A DNA stretch of 64,000 nt. Origin: Eledone cirrhosa. Lineage: Eukaryota. The DNA is taken from positions 256,494,001 through 256,558,000 of the forward strand of contig OZ024743.1 in the NCBI GenBank assembly GCA_964016885.1. Direction: 5' to 3'. A program made the position numbers and the translations under genes. Of the stretch, positions 1 through 14,195 are shown piece after piece; within the stretch, counting starts at the first letter, position 1, and the number at the start of each line of letters is the position of its first letter. The notes under the pieces are model-generated. The model did no database searches and was not told the DNA's origin. It was given only the letters and a program-made list of their open reading frames with translations.

Positions 1-533
1 TATAATTGTTCTGCATCCCCTGCATAGAACCACAACGGTACTAACACATAACATATATATTTGTTAGCATAGGTGAACATCTGTACACATATTTTGGTAA
101 ATGTACTAATTCTCTATATTTATCTCCAAATTATTTGTTGAGCAAAACTTGCCAAAGTTTACTGCTGATTCATGGTAGTAGTAGGCTCTTGTCATAATAC
201 CACCCCGCTCCTAACAGATTAACCTCAGTGTTACGTGATTGATTCTTTAGAATCTGCCACTGGCCAGAGGCAGTGAATTATTTCAGTGCTCTGGAATTTA
301 GTCCTCGCTAGCTTTATTCCATCCACTGAATTATTATTATTTTTATATGTGTTCCTAGTGTCCGCGCATCGCCTGGGAACTTAGCTGAGAATAGACTCCC
401 AAATGACGTAAGGAATTCTCTATAGTTATATTATGTAACTATATTTATCCCCTTACAGAAACTAATCAGTGGAGTGAAAATTTTAGTAAGTTGATTTTTA
501 ATTTTTAAAATTTTCTTATTTTAAGTCTTTCTA

Positions 534-613
<80 letters not shown>

Positions 614-627
614 TATATATACATATA

Positions 628-680
<53 letters not shown>

Positions 681-686
681 TATATA

Positions 687-715
<29 letters not shown>

Positions 716-718
<3 letters not shown>

Positions 719-3057
719 TAGAAAGATCGAGTATCGAAAAATCGGCGCACGAGTTCACGAAAAACGAAATTCGATATGAGCGGCAGAGGGCTCAATAATT
801 CAGATGAATCAGAGCTATAACTATCGTTAAAATACCGTCACATATAGAACAAGTCTACAATCAACCATACGATTTAAAATCGATAAAGGAAGATTCGGGC
901 CAAACAGATAAAAAATATCAATAAAACAATACGTCAATAATTTAAATGAATGTAAAATCATACCCGGACCCACTAGAAAGGTGTTAAATCTAGCTTCATG
1001 GGTTTCTGTAAATCCTTAGACAGTACTCTATCAGCTCACATATAAATATAAAAGCCTACTAGAATAAGTGGAACGGAGTTTACGTTGTCAACGAGTTTTT
1101 TCCTGGCGGCAGAGGAGTCAACTAGCGGTGAAAAACGCACATGGCATTAGACAAGGGAGATGACCCCTATATCCGCGAAAACAATTCGAGTGAATGTGGA
1201 AATACACATATCGAATTAGAGTGCTCAATAGACATGTTAAAATAAAACAAAAGCTATTCATCACTCAATAGAATCGACAAAAAATGAGCAATAAAATTAA
1301 CTGGTGGATAGCTATGTCCAGAGCTAAATATATTAGAAAGATCGAGTATCGAAAAATCGGCGCACGAGTTCACGAAAAACGAAATTCGATATGAGCGGCA
1401 GAGGGCTCAATAATTCAGATGAATCAGAGCTATAACTATCGTTAAAATACCGTCACATATAGAACAAGTCTACAATCAACCATACGATTTAAAATCGATA
1501 AAGGAAGATTCGGGCCAAACAGATAAAAAATATCAATAAAACAATACGTCAATAATTTAAATGAATGTAAAATCATACCCGGACCCACTAGAAAGGTGTT
1601 AAATCTAGCTTCATGGGTTTCTGTAAATCCTTAGACAGTACTCTATCAGCTCACATATAAATATAAAAGCCTACTAGAATAAGTGGAACGGAGTTTACGT
1701 TGTCAACGAGTTTTTTCCTGGCGGCAGAGGAGTCAACTAGCGGTGAAAAACGCACATGGCATTAGACAAGGGAGATGACCCCTATATCCGCGAAAACAAT
1801 TCGAGTGAATGTGGAAATACACATATCGAATTAGAGTGCTCAATAGACATGTTAAAATAAAACAAAAGCTATTCATCACTCAATAGAATCGACAAAAAAT
1901 GAGCAATAAAATTAACTGGTGGATAGCTATGTCCAGAGCTAAATATATTAGAAAGATCGAGTATCGAAAAATCGGCGCACGAGTTCACGAAAAACGAAAT
2001 TCGATATGAGCGGCAGAGGGCTCAATAATTCAGATGAATCAGAGCTATAACTATCGTTAAAATACCGTCACATATAGAACAAGTCTACAATCAACCATAC
2101 GATTTAAAATCGATAAAGGAAGATTCGGGCCAAACAGATAAAAAATATCAATAAAACAATACGTCAATAATTTAAATGAATGTAAAATCATACCCGGACC
2201 CACTAGAAAGGTGTTAAATCTAGCTTCATGGGTTTCTGTAAATCCTTAGACAGTACTCTATCAGCTCACATATAAATATAATATATATATAAAAGCCTAC
2301 TAGAATAAGTGGAACGGAGTTTACGTTGTCAACGAGTTTTTTCCTGGCGGCAGAGGAGTCAACTAGCGGTGAAAAACGCACATGGCATTAGACAAGGGAG
2401 ATGACCCCTATATCCGCGAAAACAATTCGAGTGAATGTGGAAATACACATATCGAATTAGAGTGCTCAATAGACATGTTAAAATAAAACAAAAGCTATTC
2501 ATCACTCAATAGAATCGACAAAAAATGAGCAATAAAATTAACTGGTGGATAGCTATGTCCAGAGCTAAATATATTAGAAAGATCGAGTATCGAAAAATCG
2601 GCGCACGAGTTCACGAAAAACGAAATTCGATATGAGCGGCAGAGGGCTCAATAATTCAGATGAATCAGAGCTATAACTATCGTTAAAATACCGTCACATA
2701 TAGAACAAGTCTACAATCAACCATACGATTTAAAATCGATAAAGGAAGATTCGGGCCAAACAGATAAAAAATATCAATAAAACAATACGTCAATAATTTA
2801 AATGAATGTAAAATCATACCCGGACCCACTAGAAAGGTGTTAAATCTAGCTTCATGGGTTTCTGTAAATCCTTAGACAGTACTCTATCAGCTCACATATA
2901 AATATAAAAGCCTACTAGAATAAGTGGAACGGAGTTTACGTTGTCAACGAGTTTTTTCCTGGCGGCAGAGGAGTCAACTAGCGGTGAAAAACGCACATGG
3001 CATTAGACAAGGGAGATGACCCCTATATCCGCGAAAACAATTCGAGTGAATGTGGAA
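716..3057. repeat. Tandem array, 615-bp unit, ~3.8 near-identical copies
   Basis: GAAAGATCGAGTATCG recurs at 721, 1336, 1951 and 2577 (periods 615, 615, 626; 11-nt AT insertion near 2281). Starts directly after the (TA)n at 536-718. Confidence 0.97.
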
Positions 3058-3344
3058 TCTCAGTGTAATAACATTCGTTAGATGGCATGGCAAATTGAAA
3101 GGTGTGGCAGGCAGACACGGCCACGACACCGAATCAATGAGAAAACCAACAGATATACACATACATATATATATATACACCTACCCACATATATACTTAT
3201 ACTCACACACATACATACATATGAACATACGTACCTACACACACATACACATGCATACATGCACACGTACATACATACAAACATGTGTATACACACATAC
3301 ATATATAAGTATATATATATATATATATACATACACACACATAC

Positions 3345-3447
<103 letters not shown>

Positions 3448-3518
3448 TATATAGAGAGAGATTCCTGATGATTTATACATATATATATATATTATATATA
3501 CATATATATATAGAGAGA

Positions 3519-3571
3519 GAGATTCCTTGTGATTTCTAAAGAATGAAACAGTTCTAGTCCTGTAGAATCTC
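3519..3571 (+). ncRNA. Degenerate type I hammerhead (family B)
   Basis: Stem I GAGATTC/GAATCTC; core CTTGTGA (intact CTGATGA in the duplicated fragment at ~3465); stem II TTC/GAA; GAAA; stem III ACAG/CTGT; GUA site. Homologous to 24838-24884. Confidence 0.6.
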
Positions 3572-3655
3572 ATCTATATTAAAACTTTAATACTCTGCAA
3601 TGTATTGAGTACCTTACTTACTGTGGTTACCTGCGATTCAACCCGGAATAACGTA

Positions 3656-3746
<91 letters not shown>

Positions 3747-3781
3747 ATATATATACATATATATACATATATATATATATT

Positions 3782-3983
3782 ATGTATCATAAACAATACA
3801 ATATAATTACCTCATTACTACAGGTTTCCCGAATAAGACGAATACGAAAAACGTCCTCATTCGTTCATCGGACAAGGCAATAATTGCCTTGTCCAATGAA
3901 CGAATGAGGACATTTTTCGTATTCGTCTTATTCGGGAAACCTCTGGTAATGAGGTAATTATATTGTATCGTTTATTATACATT
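3782..3983. repeat. ~100-bp-arm fold-back with an HHR-like motif in each arm
   Basis: Arms are reverse complements around ~3882. Arm fold: TTGCCTTGT-CC(G/A)ATGA-stem II CGAAT..ATTCG-GAAACC..GGTA-ATGAGGTAA (3884-3957 +, 3807-3880 -). Confidence 0.85.
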
Positions 3984-4347
3984 AAATTTTGCTCTGGTAC
4001 TTACATAGAACACTCTTCACTCCTAAGACTTTTTCAATTTTCAACGGAAACTTCAATACTTATATATACATATACATATATACACACACATACATATAAA
4101 CATACACGCTATAAGTATCCGGCGAAAAATGAAACAAACAAAATATAGTAAGGTTAAATACAAACACGCTCGCATACACTTGCAACTCGTACTTAAGTAC
4201 ACGTGCGCATTGTATTTAAACCTTACTATTTTTTGTTTGTTTATTTTTTTCGCCTGTCTGGATATTTGGATACTTATAGCGCCTATGTTTTTATCTTGTA
4301 TATATATATATATATGTGTGTATGTATGTGTGTGTATGTATCTTGTA

Positions 4348-5629
4348 TACAGTCAGTAGGCACCTCCTAACCAAAAATACACCCCATCCCACTACTCCTA
4401 CCCCACGCCCAGCTACACCACCCCTTTCTCTGTAAAGTTATGTTGGTACCACAACATCCAGTCCTAAATAAAAGAGGTCGTGTAGGTATCACGACAAAAT
4501 ACACACTGTCCACGCTGTAATGTGGCCGTGTAGGTAACACGGTAAAAAACCTCCCGGTTCACACTGTAAACGTAGTTGGTGTTAGGAAGGGCATCCAACC
4601 GTAGAAAACCTGCCAGTCCGTCCTATATGATCAAGACAACCAATCTTGCCTCATGTGTATTTTTGGTTAGGAGGTGCCTACTGACTGTAGGTTTCGCTGT
4701 GTACTTAGGCAAGGCGTGTCTTCTGTATTAATGCGTAGCGCCAAAGATCTCGGTCCAGTAACATGGTTTTGGAGAGGTGTAAGTGTGTAAAGTCGGAATT
4801 TATCAAATCTTCCCAGGTTTTTCTGGGTCTGCTTACTCCGTAGCTTCCATCTATTTTGATTGCCCTGCACTTTTTTTATACAGCTGTCGTCTTTCATGCG
4901 CATCACGCGACCATACCAACGTTGTCTTCTCTCGAGTAAATAGCATCTAATCCCTCTGATTCCTAATTTCTCACTTAGCTCTCATCCCGTTCTGACACTA
5001 GCTACTGTACTTTCAGAGCACCCTCCACCACTGCTGATTTTGTCACCCAGGTAACGGAAGGTGTCCACTATTTCTATAGAACCATCTGGGCAATAGAAGG
5101 AGCTAGTATCCTGTGGGCACTTGCTACTACTTATTGCACCTGAGCACCGGCCACATATAAAACTATGTTCTTAGTTAGCTTACCTGTGATCCCACTACAT
5201 CTTTTATGCACCCATACTTTGCATTTGGGACATACAATGGAGTTTCTGCCTACTCCTTTTCTACACACTGAGCATGGCCATTTCCCAGATTGGACCGGTG
5301 CCCTATTTCCCTTCCTACAAACTAGAACTTTAGTCTTAGACAAGTTAACTTTAAGGCCTTTTGATTCTAGGCCATGCTTCCATGTTTGGAATTTCTTCTC
5401 TAGTTCAGCCATTGATTCAACTATGAGCGTTAGATCATCTGCATATAGGAGTTCCCATGGGCAGCCAGTCTTGAACTCCTCTGTTATATTCTGAAGAGCA
5501 ATAATAAATAGTAAGGGGCTAAGGACGGAGCCCTGATGAACACCAACTTTTACGCTAAACTCTTCACTACATTCGTTGTTAATTCTAACCTTGCTGGCTG
5601 TTTCTTTATACATGGCTAGTATAGTTCGC

Positions 5630-5631
<2 letters not shown>
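4348..5631 (-). mobile_element. 5'-truncated RTE-type LINE fragment (RT C-terminus plus PHD-like finger), 3' part inverted
   Basis: ORF 5131-5751(-): GVHQGSVLSPLLF, LLYADDL, then CSVC..CPKCKVWVHKRC. Downstream remnant RWYGRVMRM. Truncated at the (GA)n at 5632. Confidence 0.85.
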
Positions 5632-5696
<65 letters not shown>

Positions 5697-5697
<1 letters not shown>

Positions 5698-6041
5698 GGT
5701 TTTCTGTTGAGCTCTGCTGATGATTGAAATTCCAACCGTGACCATCTCCACTGAAAGTTTTCATGAAATAGTCTTTTAAGACTATACAGAGCATTTGATG
5801 TTATTCCAAATTGAAGGATAAGTGTTTCAAACTTTATTTTATCATGAGTTAAAGGTCTATAGATTTTCCCTGGATTTTACTAAATTCTGTGGATGAATTT
5901 ATATCCTGATTCTCTTTTGAGATGAGTTTGAGTTATTTTTCCTAAATCTTTCGTTAACTACTTTTCCCATCTTGACGTTATAGTCGCATATATGTTATAG
6001 AATGCCGTTAGCTTCTTGCTAAAACAATCTCTATACCTCTC

Positions 6042-6046
<5 letters not shown>
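5697..6046 (+). mobile_element. Solo pLTR-like element (family A) between (CT)n and (TA)n
   Basis: Colinear with 35835-36180; contains the HHR; ends in (TA)n in both copies. Confidence 0.7.
5711..5792 (+). ncRNA. Type I hammerhead ribozyme (family A, copy 1)
   Basis: Stem I GCTCTG/CAGAGC; CTGATGA; stem II TGAAA/TTTCA; GAAA; stem III ATAGTCTT/AAGACTAT; AUA site. Confidence 0.85.
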
Positions 6047-6107
<61 letters not shown>

Positions 6108-9100
6108 TTATGTATAAATATTCTTGTATAATATATATATTAAAAGTTTAAATAACACCAAAGATTTAAAACATTTTAAAACTGCCAGCTGTTTCTACCT
6201 GTGCATAGTCACTTACATTGAGTTATGAAACTTTGGGTTTGTAATTCAGCATAGTTTATTAAAATGCTTAATAATATTTCACACAGAATAAGATTGGGAC
6301 ATCTAATACATAAAATCACTTCATAAAGTGCAAAAATTTCAAAAATCACTTAAAAAACGACAATGAATAAGATATATATATTATTGTGACAGAAGTGTAA
6401 GATGTTTGTTTGGAAGTAATGTTATTTAAAAGTGTTATTATAATAGTTCAGATATTGTTAGACATTATTAATAATCCTTGCAAATTCTTGATTATTTAAA
6501 AAATAATTTTAAAATTATCGATAGTTAGTTTCATTTAAAATATGGCAATGAGAGGGTTAATAAGAAGAAAGTTAGTCATATTTCTAAATTCTTAATTATT
6601 TTATATAATTTGAAAATTATAGGCAATGTCTTTTACTAAAACTATGGCAGCAAAAGGGTTAGTCTATTTTTGCTATCACAGAAGTCTTGATGCATGTGTA
6701 GCCTCAGTAAAAGCAGTCTTTTTCAAAAGGACAATAAAAACATAAACAAAAAATAAAGAAAAACATGAAAAAATCATGACCAACCAAAATGACTTGGAAA
6801 TTTTACAAACCATTGCAAGCAACAGAACCAAATATTTTACCAAAAAGACACAGAAATAGATGAAAAACACTCCAAAATATCAAGGATTGAAGAACAGATC
6901 CTTGATCCTTGTATCAGACTTCAAACTCATGCTATATCGTTATGATGTCTGTAACAAACTGATACAACAGACAAAGGACCAACTTAAATATGTTTGGTGA
7001 CACATAGATCTTACAGTTCAGTGCCACTGCGTTATTGCATGATAAGCTTGTCCTATCATATTCTATACAAAGAAGAATTCTTTTTTTCTCATTTTTTTTT
7101 TAATTTCCAGTTTTTTTATTTCCATGTTCTTATCTCATTCATTTATTTATTTATTTATTTATTATTATTATTATTATTTGTCTCACTGAAACAAAAACTA
7201 GGAAACTGCTTTCTAGATATATGATACTTTTGAAGTTTTCTCAATCAATAAAAATAAAAATTTCTCTATTCTTTTTCCTGTGAACTTCTCTTTTGGCTGC
7301 AGAAGAGAAAAGTGAAAGCCAGAAAAATGCCCATCTCACCATATTCAAAAGAATAATTTTTCTCTTAAAAAGAATAATATCTATGAGAAATTCTCACCAG
7401 AATCCACATATTTAATTTTTTTTCTACCTCCTGGTATATATCCAATAATTTTTGTTTAATCTAAGAATGGAACACGAATATATAAGGATACATTTTACTT
7501 TGAGACATTTTTTTTCAAAGGATTTTTATTCTTAGATTATTTCGTTTGAAATATTAGTATATTTTATTGATTAATCTCAGCTGTGTGTTTATTTACTGAG
7601 AATTTACGAGATATTTCATATTATAAGACAATGACTGTCATCTTAAAAATAGAAACTATCTTCTCTGTCAATAAATTGTGTCGTAGAGACAGTGAAATAA
7701 ACATAGGCATTGTCATAAAATAAGAATAAATGAAATTCAAATTTAGAAACATAGGACTGAGTGGGGGACGACATTGTTAACGATTCCAGTTCTCATATAC
7801 ACATTTAACCCTTTCATGACCGTAACTTTAATGCAAAATACCACTTATTATTTTCAAATCATTTTGAAAATAAGAATTTGGAGGGATAATTTAAATCACA
7901 ATATAGAGTTTGTGAGCATGCCAAATATGGAACATATGAACATGATGGGCTCTCTCAGAAATTACGTGACTCAAATCGTGACAATCCATCCAACCCATGC
8001 TAGCATGGAAAGCAGACATAAAATGATGATGATACCGATGCAAGCCATACTAATTAAGTGTTATATTAATACATGCGCATTGAGGTTATTTCCCTTCTAA
8101 AGCCAACTTTAGCCTTGTGAGCACCATGATGGACTTCATGCTCATCTTTTTCAGAGGCAATGATTCTCAGCTGGATGCCCTTCCTACTGTCAACTCTTTT
8201 AGTCACCTATTCTAAACAGATATATTCTCTTTACAGAAAATATTTCCTTGCCAATCCTATCCTAACTATTTTTTATAAAACCATCATATTTCATCCAAGT
8301 TATTTATTAGCAGTGTATTGTAAATAACTTTGATTGTATGCTCATTTTTACAGCACTTTCAATCTAAGATTTGGTTTACATATCAATCATACCAAAAATT
8401 TGTAAATAGAATTTAAAAAAAAATTTTCTTGTCGATGTACTTACACATCCCATCCACCTCTAAACATAAAACAAAATTCTAAACTTTCATAGCTATTCCT
8501 AACTTTTAATGAAGTCCTTCAGAGAAATGCTTTTGTATTAAACTACATTGCTGCAGCAGCTAGGATAAAAAAAAATAGGTAAACAAATATATAAATAAGA
8601 AAAAACTAAGACAAATTTAAGACACATAGAGAAAACAACAACATGATCAGCAGAAACAAAAGGAATTTACATGAATAAACTATCCAGCTATCCGCCATAT
8701 AAATGTAGGGGTCTGAAGATGGATTCATTAAATCTTGATGCTTCTCAGAAATAAGACTGGCAGATTAAAACAAAAGCAAAAAAATAGAAAATAAAAACAG
8801 AATAAAGAGAATACACACAAAAATATACACACAAGGAAATGTGAAAATAAAAAAAAGGAAATAATATGGCTGAGAAAGAATGGTTTGCAAAGCAATTATT
8901 TGCCCTGCAAAAGTAGAAATTTCTAGAAAGACTGATATAAACACTGCCAAGTTTATTGGCAGGTGTCCAACAGAGGATTTTTCACAGTGGTTGGATTCTC
9001 CTACTGCACATCTAAACACTTCATCTGATAAACCACTCCAGACTTTACTTCCTTTCCTTTCATTTCATCCTGGGGCTGCACCCCTACCACCACCACCACC

Positions 9101-10127
9101 ACACCTTGTCATCACTACCATCACCACCACTGTAACAACACCTCACCACCCCTTACCATGGTCACTACACTTCACCAAACTTCACTCTCACTAACACAAC
9201 TGTCTCTGCACCTCACTACAACTTACCATCATCACCCCTCCATCATCACTACTGTACTTCATTCCCAACACTGCAACCCTTAATTATTATAGAAATATTA
9301 ATTTGTTGTTTCTAGTTGTTGCATTTTCCTTTTTCGTCTTATGTTTTCTGTCTTGAACAAATAATAGAAAAATACTTCAAAATCCTTTGTCCATATCAGT
9401 TGATTATTATCATCATAGACGGTAGACATGGATGAATGGTTAAGAAATTCACTTTGCATTCATGTGAAACTAAGTTGAAAGAAATTGCTTGAAAGCCCAT
9501 TGAATGGACTGTGCTAGAAACTCAAAGGTCAAGCCTTGTCACATATTATATCACACTGATTCAGCTTGAGAATTACATCGAGTGTGCACATGTCTATGGA
9601 ATACTCAACCACTTCAACACACAAAAATATGAGATAAACTTGGATTTTTTTCAACGCGCTGATGCGTATGTGCATATGTGTGTACATATGCATACATTTA
9701 TATGTATGAGTATATAAATATAAACATGCAAACACAGACACACATACAGAAATACAGTCAGATATACATTCATGAAACACACATACATTCACACAAACAC
9801 ATACACACATACACAGCATAACAAATGGAATGCCAGCTGCTATTTTACTATAGTTTTTCACCATCCCCTGCATTCCTTTTACACACATACATTCATTCAG
9901 GCAGCAGGTGTAAAGAGAGAGAAGTAGTATGAGGTAATCAAACTACACCTCTCTCTTTATGTGTTGTGACAGAATTGTAGGAATTTATATATAGATTGTA
10001 CATATAACTCAAATGTATAGTCTTGTCACATGTTGTGTTATACTGATCTGGCTTGAAAATTATGTTATGGGTACATGTATGTATGGAATACTCAACTGCT
10101 GACATACAAAATATTGGGTTCTGATTT

Positions 10128-10550
10128 AGGCACACGGCCAACCATTTTGGGGGAGGAGGAAAGGCGATTAAATCGATGCCAGTGCATTACTGGTATTTTA
10201 CAGTGCATTACAGTGCATTACTGGTATTTTATTTGATCGATCCTATAAGGATGAAAGGCAAAGCTAACTTCGGCAGAAATTGAACTCAGAACATAAAGGG
10301 CCATAACTCTATGTGGCTAAGCATGTTGTCCGACGCTCTACCAGTTCTGCCAATCCATACACAATAATTGTGTCTACTTTTGGCACAAGGCAAGCAATTA
10401 TCTCAGTGCATTACTGATACTTTATTTTATCGACCCTGTAAGGATGAAAGGCAGTTAACCTCGGCAGGATTTGAACTCAGACCATAAAGGACCTTAACTC
10501 TATGCTGCAAAGCATGGTGTCCGACCCTCTACCAATACTGCCAATCCACC
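10128..10550 (-). mobile_element. Two adjacent tRNA-derived SINE copies
   Basis: Both carry GGCACA(A/C)GGC..ACTGGTA..ATCGA..GGATGAAAGGC..GAACTCAGA; reverse strand has A-box (TGGCAGTATTGG) and B-box (GAGTTCAAATCC) like motifs. Confidence 0.85.
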
Positions 10551-11864
10551 GTTCTCCATATACAATAATACAAGGTGGAGTGTACATGTAATTCAAATGT
10601 CTAGTCTTGTCACATATAGTGTCACACTGATCCAACTTTGGAATTACTTTAAATGTACATTTGTCTGTGGAATATTCAACCACTTAATGTTAATTCATGA
10701 ATTAGTTGTTCAGTTGATTGAAGAACTGAATGGGAATATTGCATGGGCACATTCAGAACTGAATGCTCATTGTCAAGAACAACAGATGTTCCAACATCAA
10801 CTAGAATACTGATGCCAGATAAGGAAATTGATATCAAAAAATATTTCCTATTGTTTAAATTCTAAACAGATTAAGAGGACACTTCAGTTGTGTCAAAGAC
10901 ATGACAACTTCCCTAATGATCAGGATCCTCACAATAAATGTATCTAGTAGACACGGTAAAGTGATTGGTGACAGGAAGGGCATCAAGTCATAAAAAACAT
11001 GCCAAGCGAAGGTTTCATCATTTTACATCCGCTTTTCCCTGCTTGCAAGAGTAGAGCACATTTCAGCTGTGTCAAAACATGGCAACCAATTTAGTGTTGG
11101 TGTTCTACAGGATAAACATACTCAGTACACATTGTAAAGTGGTTGGTGAAAGAAACAGTAGTCAGCTTTAGAAAACCTGCCAAAGAGCCAGGAGGACCCT
11201 TAACCTCCCTAGTGCAGTGCTGGTATCATGACAAACTGCATTTGGTAGATCATGGGATCATATGTAAGCAGGATGCAGGCTTCCAGCCCATTTGAGAGGT
11301 CAGTATCTCTGCTTGAATACTGACTTGGTGTGTGAAGACCTGTTCAACCCTTGCTAGTAAGGAAAATGAATTTTAAATGTTAATGATGATGATGATTATA
11401 TTTCCAGCTCCACCTCAAAGCAATTTCTCTTTGACAATCCATGTCAGGAAAAGAAGACATTTTAAAAGCTAAAGAAAAGGTTCAAAGTCTGCCAAAAAGG
11501 CTTTAACATTGTAGTTGACTTCTGGGAACTGTTTGCCTCAAAACAATCACACAATGGAGCAACAACAAGTGAAAGCAAGAATACTGCAACAGTTCAAAGT
11601 TTTCAATAGATAAATCTACTGCACCCTGTAACAAATGTATTGCATCTTCCTATACATATATGAGGGGATTCCTGGGTTGAATAGGCCTCATTAAGCAACT
11701 CAAGACCCATGGATTCATCACATCAGAAACACAAACCTGTTTTGAGTCTTGGTCATCTTCAACATCAATAGGTAAACAATATATTTGCTAACCAAAAGAT
11801 CTGTCTGATTTTATGAAACAAATTTATATATTTTATAGGGAATTATAACTGTGGGCATAATTAT

Positions 11865-12360
11865 GGCTGCATGGTTAAAGTGTTTGCTTCACAATCACAT
11901 GATTTGTGTCATGTACTATAGCCTCAGGTTGCCCAATACGTTGTAAGTGAAGTTTGGTAGGCAGAAGCTGTGCAGAAGCCAATTGTATGTTTGTGTGTGT
12001 TCGTACCAACATTTATTAATTGTTTTTATCTTGTAACTTAGCAGTTCAACAAAAAGAGATCAATAATTAGTAGAATTAAAATAAGAAATATTGGTGTTGA
12101 TATGATTGACTAAATCCCTTCATGGCAGTACTCCAGAATGGCCTCAGTTTAATGACTGAAGTCAGTAAACAAATAAAAGAATAGATTCAAATTCCTCTCA
12201 TCAACCTTTTTGCTATATATTTTTGGCTAATACACACCAAATGCAGATGCATAGCTTTATGGTTATAGAGTTGGATTAACAATTGTGAGGTTGTGAGTTT
12301 GATTCCTGAACCAGGCAATACATTATGTCCTTGAGCAAGATACTTTATTTCATGTTGCTC
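11865..12360 (+). mobile_element. Decayed SINE fragments (other families)
   Basis: tRNA-like heads (ATGGCTGCATGGTTAAAG; GAGTTTGATTCCTG..GTCCTTGAGCAAG) similar to the reverse complement of 55830-56042. Confidence 0.5.
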
Positions 12361-12937
12361 CCTCTACCAGGAGTAATAACCAGTAGATAGTATCTGCAAT
12401 TTGTTAAAACCAATACAACTATTATTTCCTTGGTCTGATCTGACAAGTTCCATCCAAATCAGTAAGTCTGGAATCTTGTTGATTTTAGAAAACAGACAGA
12501 CATATATATATATATATATATATAATTAATTAATTAGTTAATTCGTCGAAACTGCAGGTTGAGATCTGAAGAGCATATTTTAATGTTTGTGACCTGTTCT
12601 CTTTCATCCATTCTATTTCCTCCTTCCCATCTTTTTTTCTTTCCTTTGAGTCAACTCACATTGAGCCACTGATCTCTGTCCTTCGAGATAATATTTAACG
12701 CAACGCCACTTCGACAGTATTTTGCTGTTCTAACAGTTTCCATACGCCAAGTTTATCCACTTTCCTGAGAATCCTAAAACACTCGATTTTCATTGTCCAG
12801 TGTCACTGGACATCTATCGCATGGTCAATTAGTCCACTATATTACCACCCAGCTACATTTGTTCTGTTCAACATTTATATAAATATAAAATATGTTGAAC
12901 ATTAATAAGGAAAGAGTAATAATGAAGTCAAATCACA

Positions 12938-13344
12938 AGCTTCATTATAGTTAAGTAGAAATGAAATGTCATACATGAAAAACAATGGCAAAAGCAAATG
13001 ATTTTTAAATACAATAGATTGTTGTAAAGATCATTATAAATTTCACATCATAAATCAGGAAATGTATTGACTTCATTAACATACATCTAGAGGAAAGGTT
13101 GGCTGAGATTAATATAGATATGGAAACATTTTAATTATATATATATAATTAAAATGTTTCTATATCTATATTAATCTCAGCCAACCTTTCTGTCTAGATG
13201 TATGTTAATGAAGTCAATACATTTCCTGATATATGATGTGAAATTTATAATGATCTTTACAACAATCTATTGTATTTAAAAATCATTTGCTTTTGCCATT
13301 GTTTTTCGTGTATGACATTTCATTTCTACTTAACTATAATGAAG

Positions 13345-13346
<2 letters not shown>
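12938..13346. repeat. Near-perfect 409-bp palindrome
   Basis: Arms are reverse complements with a few mismatches, centred on TATATA at 13142; abuts (TA)n 13346-13438. Confidence 0.95.
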
Positions 13347-13440
<94 letters not shown>

Positions 13441-13974
13441 GGTGTTATGGGGGCAGATATGTATATATATGTATAAATAATTTATAAAAATATATATATT
13501 TATATACACACACAAACAAAACAACAATTGTCTGTCGATATTAAGCAATGAATAAATTACAGCAATGTCACAAAAGAAATGTTAATGGCTCAATCGTCAA
13601 GTGTTTTACAAACTAATGAATCTTCAGATGAAATATTTCATACAAAACTATCAACAACTAGATCTGAATAGAAAACTAACTTGTCATAAACCATGCTCCT
13701 CTCCCTCCATCAATACACACAATAACATTATTCCTTTATCTTTTCTATTTGTAAGTTAGCAATCTTTTTGTATTTTATAACATTGTATCTAAGATGACCT
13801 GATATATCCCTTAGTATACACAGCTAACAATCGAAATACTTAAATGGTCCTCTCTCATTAACCCTTTCATTACCATATTTCTAATATAACAAATACACTG
13901 CTTATTGTTTACAAATGATTTTTGAAAATAATCAAGAATTTCTAAGGACTTAGCAATATAATATTTTCATTAAG

Positions 13975-14195
13975 AAAGGAGGTGGTTTGACAGAATTGTC
14001 AGAGCATTGAATAAATATTTAGATGTATTGTTCCCACATTTTACATTTTAAGTTCAAATCCTATGCAGTTCAACTTTGTCTTTCATCCTTTCGAGGTCAA
14101 TGAAATATAATACCAGTAAAATACTGCAGTTAGTAGAATTAACTTTCCCTTCCACACAAATTGCTCACCTTGTACCGAAATTATAAATCATTATT
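13975..14195 (+). mobile_element. Old SINE copy
   Basis: AGTTCAAATCC..CTTTCATCCTTTCGAGGTCAATGAAAT..TACCAGT matches the major SINE. Confidence 0.7.

Noticed and set aside
158-490. Split HHR-like halves (CTGATTCA ... GAAAATTT) before the first TA tract
   Set aside because: Core mismatched and halves ~300 nt apart; compatible with chance.
716-3057. CRISPR-like array
   Set aside because: Long identical units with no unique spacers, no cas genes, eukaryotic context.
6841-6950. Possible minus-strand exon (ttacag| ... |gtaaaa)
   Set aside because: Stops in all three frames and no partner exons; cannot be supported without RNA data.
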